Made by a program: the position numbers and the translations under genes. A model generated the notes under the pieces. The model worked only from the letters and a program-made list of their open reading frames with translations, ran no database searches and was not told where the DNA came from. Shown in pieces: positions 62,098 to 64,000 of a stretch of 64,000 nucleotides of DNA; the stretch's first letter is position 1, and each line of letters begins with the position of its first letter. Origin of the DNA: the human T2T-CHM13v2.0 reference genome, Homo sapiens; assembly GCF_009914755.1 (NCBI RefSeq), contig NC_060943.1. One strand, written 5' to 3'.

Positions 62098-63069
62098 TGA
62101 GTGCAAGTTCTTCTGGCCTGTTCCTGAGCCCATCATTGGTTCTGCTCCCCAAGTGAGGAGGGGTGGAGGAGTTGTTTTGTGGATTCTTCCACTATTGCTT
62201 AGTGGGTATAAAAGCAGAGGACCACAGGCAGGGCTTGATACCAAGCCTGGCTGTCAGGGGAAAAGTTGCAGGCCTTTAGGACCGAAAGACCCGGGCTGCT
62301 AAGAGAATTGGTGACAATGTGTGAGGACAGATAATGCTACTTTGCACATGTTCAGCAAATGAACTTCCCCTCCACTCTGTTTCTGTTCTCCCAGAAATAT
62401 CAGTTTTTTCGAAAATCCTCACTTCTTGAATGTTTGCTCAGGTGGGGAGGGGGAAGTTGTTTTTGTCAATTCTTCCATTATTGCTTAGTAGTACTAGGAG
62501 CAGAGCACAGAGGCAGAACTTGGTATCCAACCTGGCTAGCAGGGGAAAGTTTTCAGACTTTTGGGACAGAGAGTCCTAGCCCGCTGAGAGAACTAGGGAC
62601 AATATATGAAGGCAGACGATGACATCTAGACATGTTCAGTCAATGAATTTTCCCTTCACTCCTTTCTTGTTTACTCTGAATTATCATATTTTTTTCAAAC
62701 ATCTTTACTTCCTGAATGTTTACTCTTCTGTTCCCTAATTCCTACCCTCCGGTCCAGTCCAGGGAGTCCTAAGGGAGACCTGGGGGTAAAAGTCATCTAT
62801 CTTTTGTCTAGAACACCTGCATCGTTCATCCATTCAGTCTTCATTCAGCAAACTCTTCCACATGCCTTTCCATTGCCAGTTCTGTTCCCAGCACCTTTCT
62901 GTGCTCTGGAGACCTGGAAAGAACCCTGCCTATGGATGTGTTTTCCAGGTACTCCCAGCCTAGTAGGAACAGTCCCCCACAAGACATTCCCAGTCCACAT
63001 AGGCAAGGATGGAGTTGAGAGCAAGAGAAGCATGGCTGGGAGTACAGAAAGTGTGATAGAAAGTGTTTC

Positions 63070-63200
63070 AAGCCAGATCTGGTGGCTGTCGCTTGTGATA
63101 CCAAGTACCGAGGAGGCTGAAGTGGGATAATCACTTGAGGTCAGGTTTAAGATCAACCTGGGCAATATAGAAAGAACCCATTTCTAAAAAAGTAAAAAAC
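63070..63200 (+). mobile_element. Alu monomer (FLAM-like), diverged
   Basis: aggaggctgaagtgggataatcacttgaggtcagg... with A-rich tail. Confidence 0.7.
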
Positions 63201-63910
63201 CAAAATAATAAAGTGCCTCAACTGAAACCCTGAATGGTGATCAGTAGGTGTTTGGATGCAGTAGTGCCCTAGGTCAAAAAGAAAGTCTGGGCAAAAATGC
63301 AAAAAGAGGGAGCAGGAGAGAGGGAGAAGAGGGAAAGAGAGGTTTGTGTGTCAGGGAAGGAGATGGTTATAAAGGGAGGGAGAAGTAAGAGGGAGGAAAA
63401 GTGAGGGAGAGCAAGATAAAGAGAGGAGGGAAGACAGAAGGAGACAGAGAGAGAATGAGAGAGAAAGGAACTGAGTTGTGATGAGATAATAACTATGGTA
63501 GTGAAAGCAGAGTCTGGCTGTGGAAAATATGGGAAAATGGTAATGGCTTCCATTTTAACCCAAAGGCAATGGGAAGCCATAACAAGTGGTTGAGCAGGGG
63601 AGGGGCAGGTCATATCTGGGCACCAGAAAGATCTTTTCAGAGCTACTGTGGAGAGAGGACCAGCTGTAGAATGAAGTCCCAGTGAAGACATTCTGGGACC
63701 TGAGCCAGGGCAGGGGCTGGGGATGGAGAGGAGGCAATGGACTGGACATGTGTTTTGGAGGCCGTGTCCTCCCGTCCAAGCCTTTGCTCAGCACAGCAGT
63801 CCTAAAAGGTGGCAACACTTTTTATGCTTTTAAAAACCAAGATATCAAGTAATACTGTGCACTTTGTAAACAAAAAAAAGTGTCTAAAACATTTATAAAA
63901 ATGAGCTTTC

Positions 63911-64000
63911 CTCATGCCTGTAATCCCAGCACTTTGGAAGGCCGAGGCGGGCGGATCACGAGGTCAGGAGATTGAGACCATCCTGGCTAACACGGTGAAA
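63911..64000 (+). mobile_element. Alu SINE (Y-like), cut by the window edge
   Basis: ggcgggcggatcacgaggtcaggagattgagaccatcctggctaacacggtgaaa. Confidence 0.9.

Overview
Primate (almost certainly human, chr19p13 CYP4F cluster) genomic DNA with four tandem cytochrome P450 4F units, all on the + strand: the 3' half of CYP4F8 (7 coding exons, 345-6605), the complete CYP4F3 gene (exon 1 ~18167 to poly(A) ~40210; 520-aa CDS; mutually exclusive 145-nt exons 3 and 4), a 5'- and 3'-truncated unprocessed pseudogene (CYP4F10P by position, ~41080-47550), and the 5' part of CYP4F12 (exons 1-9, running off the right edge). Exon sizes 198/145/54/128/122/271/67/130/134/65/83/166 are conserved across paralogues, so intronic sequence can be compared directly. 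The rest is Alu, L1, MIR, MaLR/ERVL LTRs, micro- and minisatellites. I found no new gene class or CRISPR-like system. The best observations come from comparing paralogues: (1) an apparent deletion removed the ancestral poly(A) region of CYP4F3, leaving a long repeat-built 3'UTR with inverted Alus and two candidate poly(A) sites; (2) a 34-bp E-box-containing tandem array lies upstream of both CYP4F3 and CYP4F12; (3) CYP4F12 lacks the alternative exon 4 at a clean junction; (4) the exon-4 donor of CYP4F3 is duplicated; (5) a YCAY-rich minisatellite arose and was copied within CYP4F12 intron 2; (6) a (GT)24 tract abuts the acceptor of the I-helix exon of CYP4F12. All coordinates were read by eye. 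Repeat subfamily calls and boundaries are approximate.
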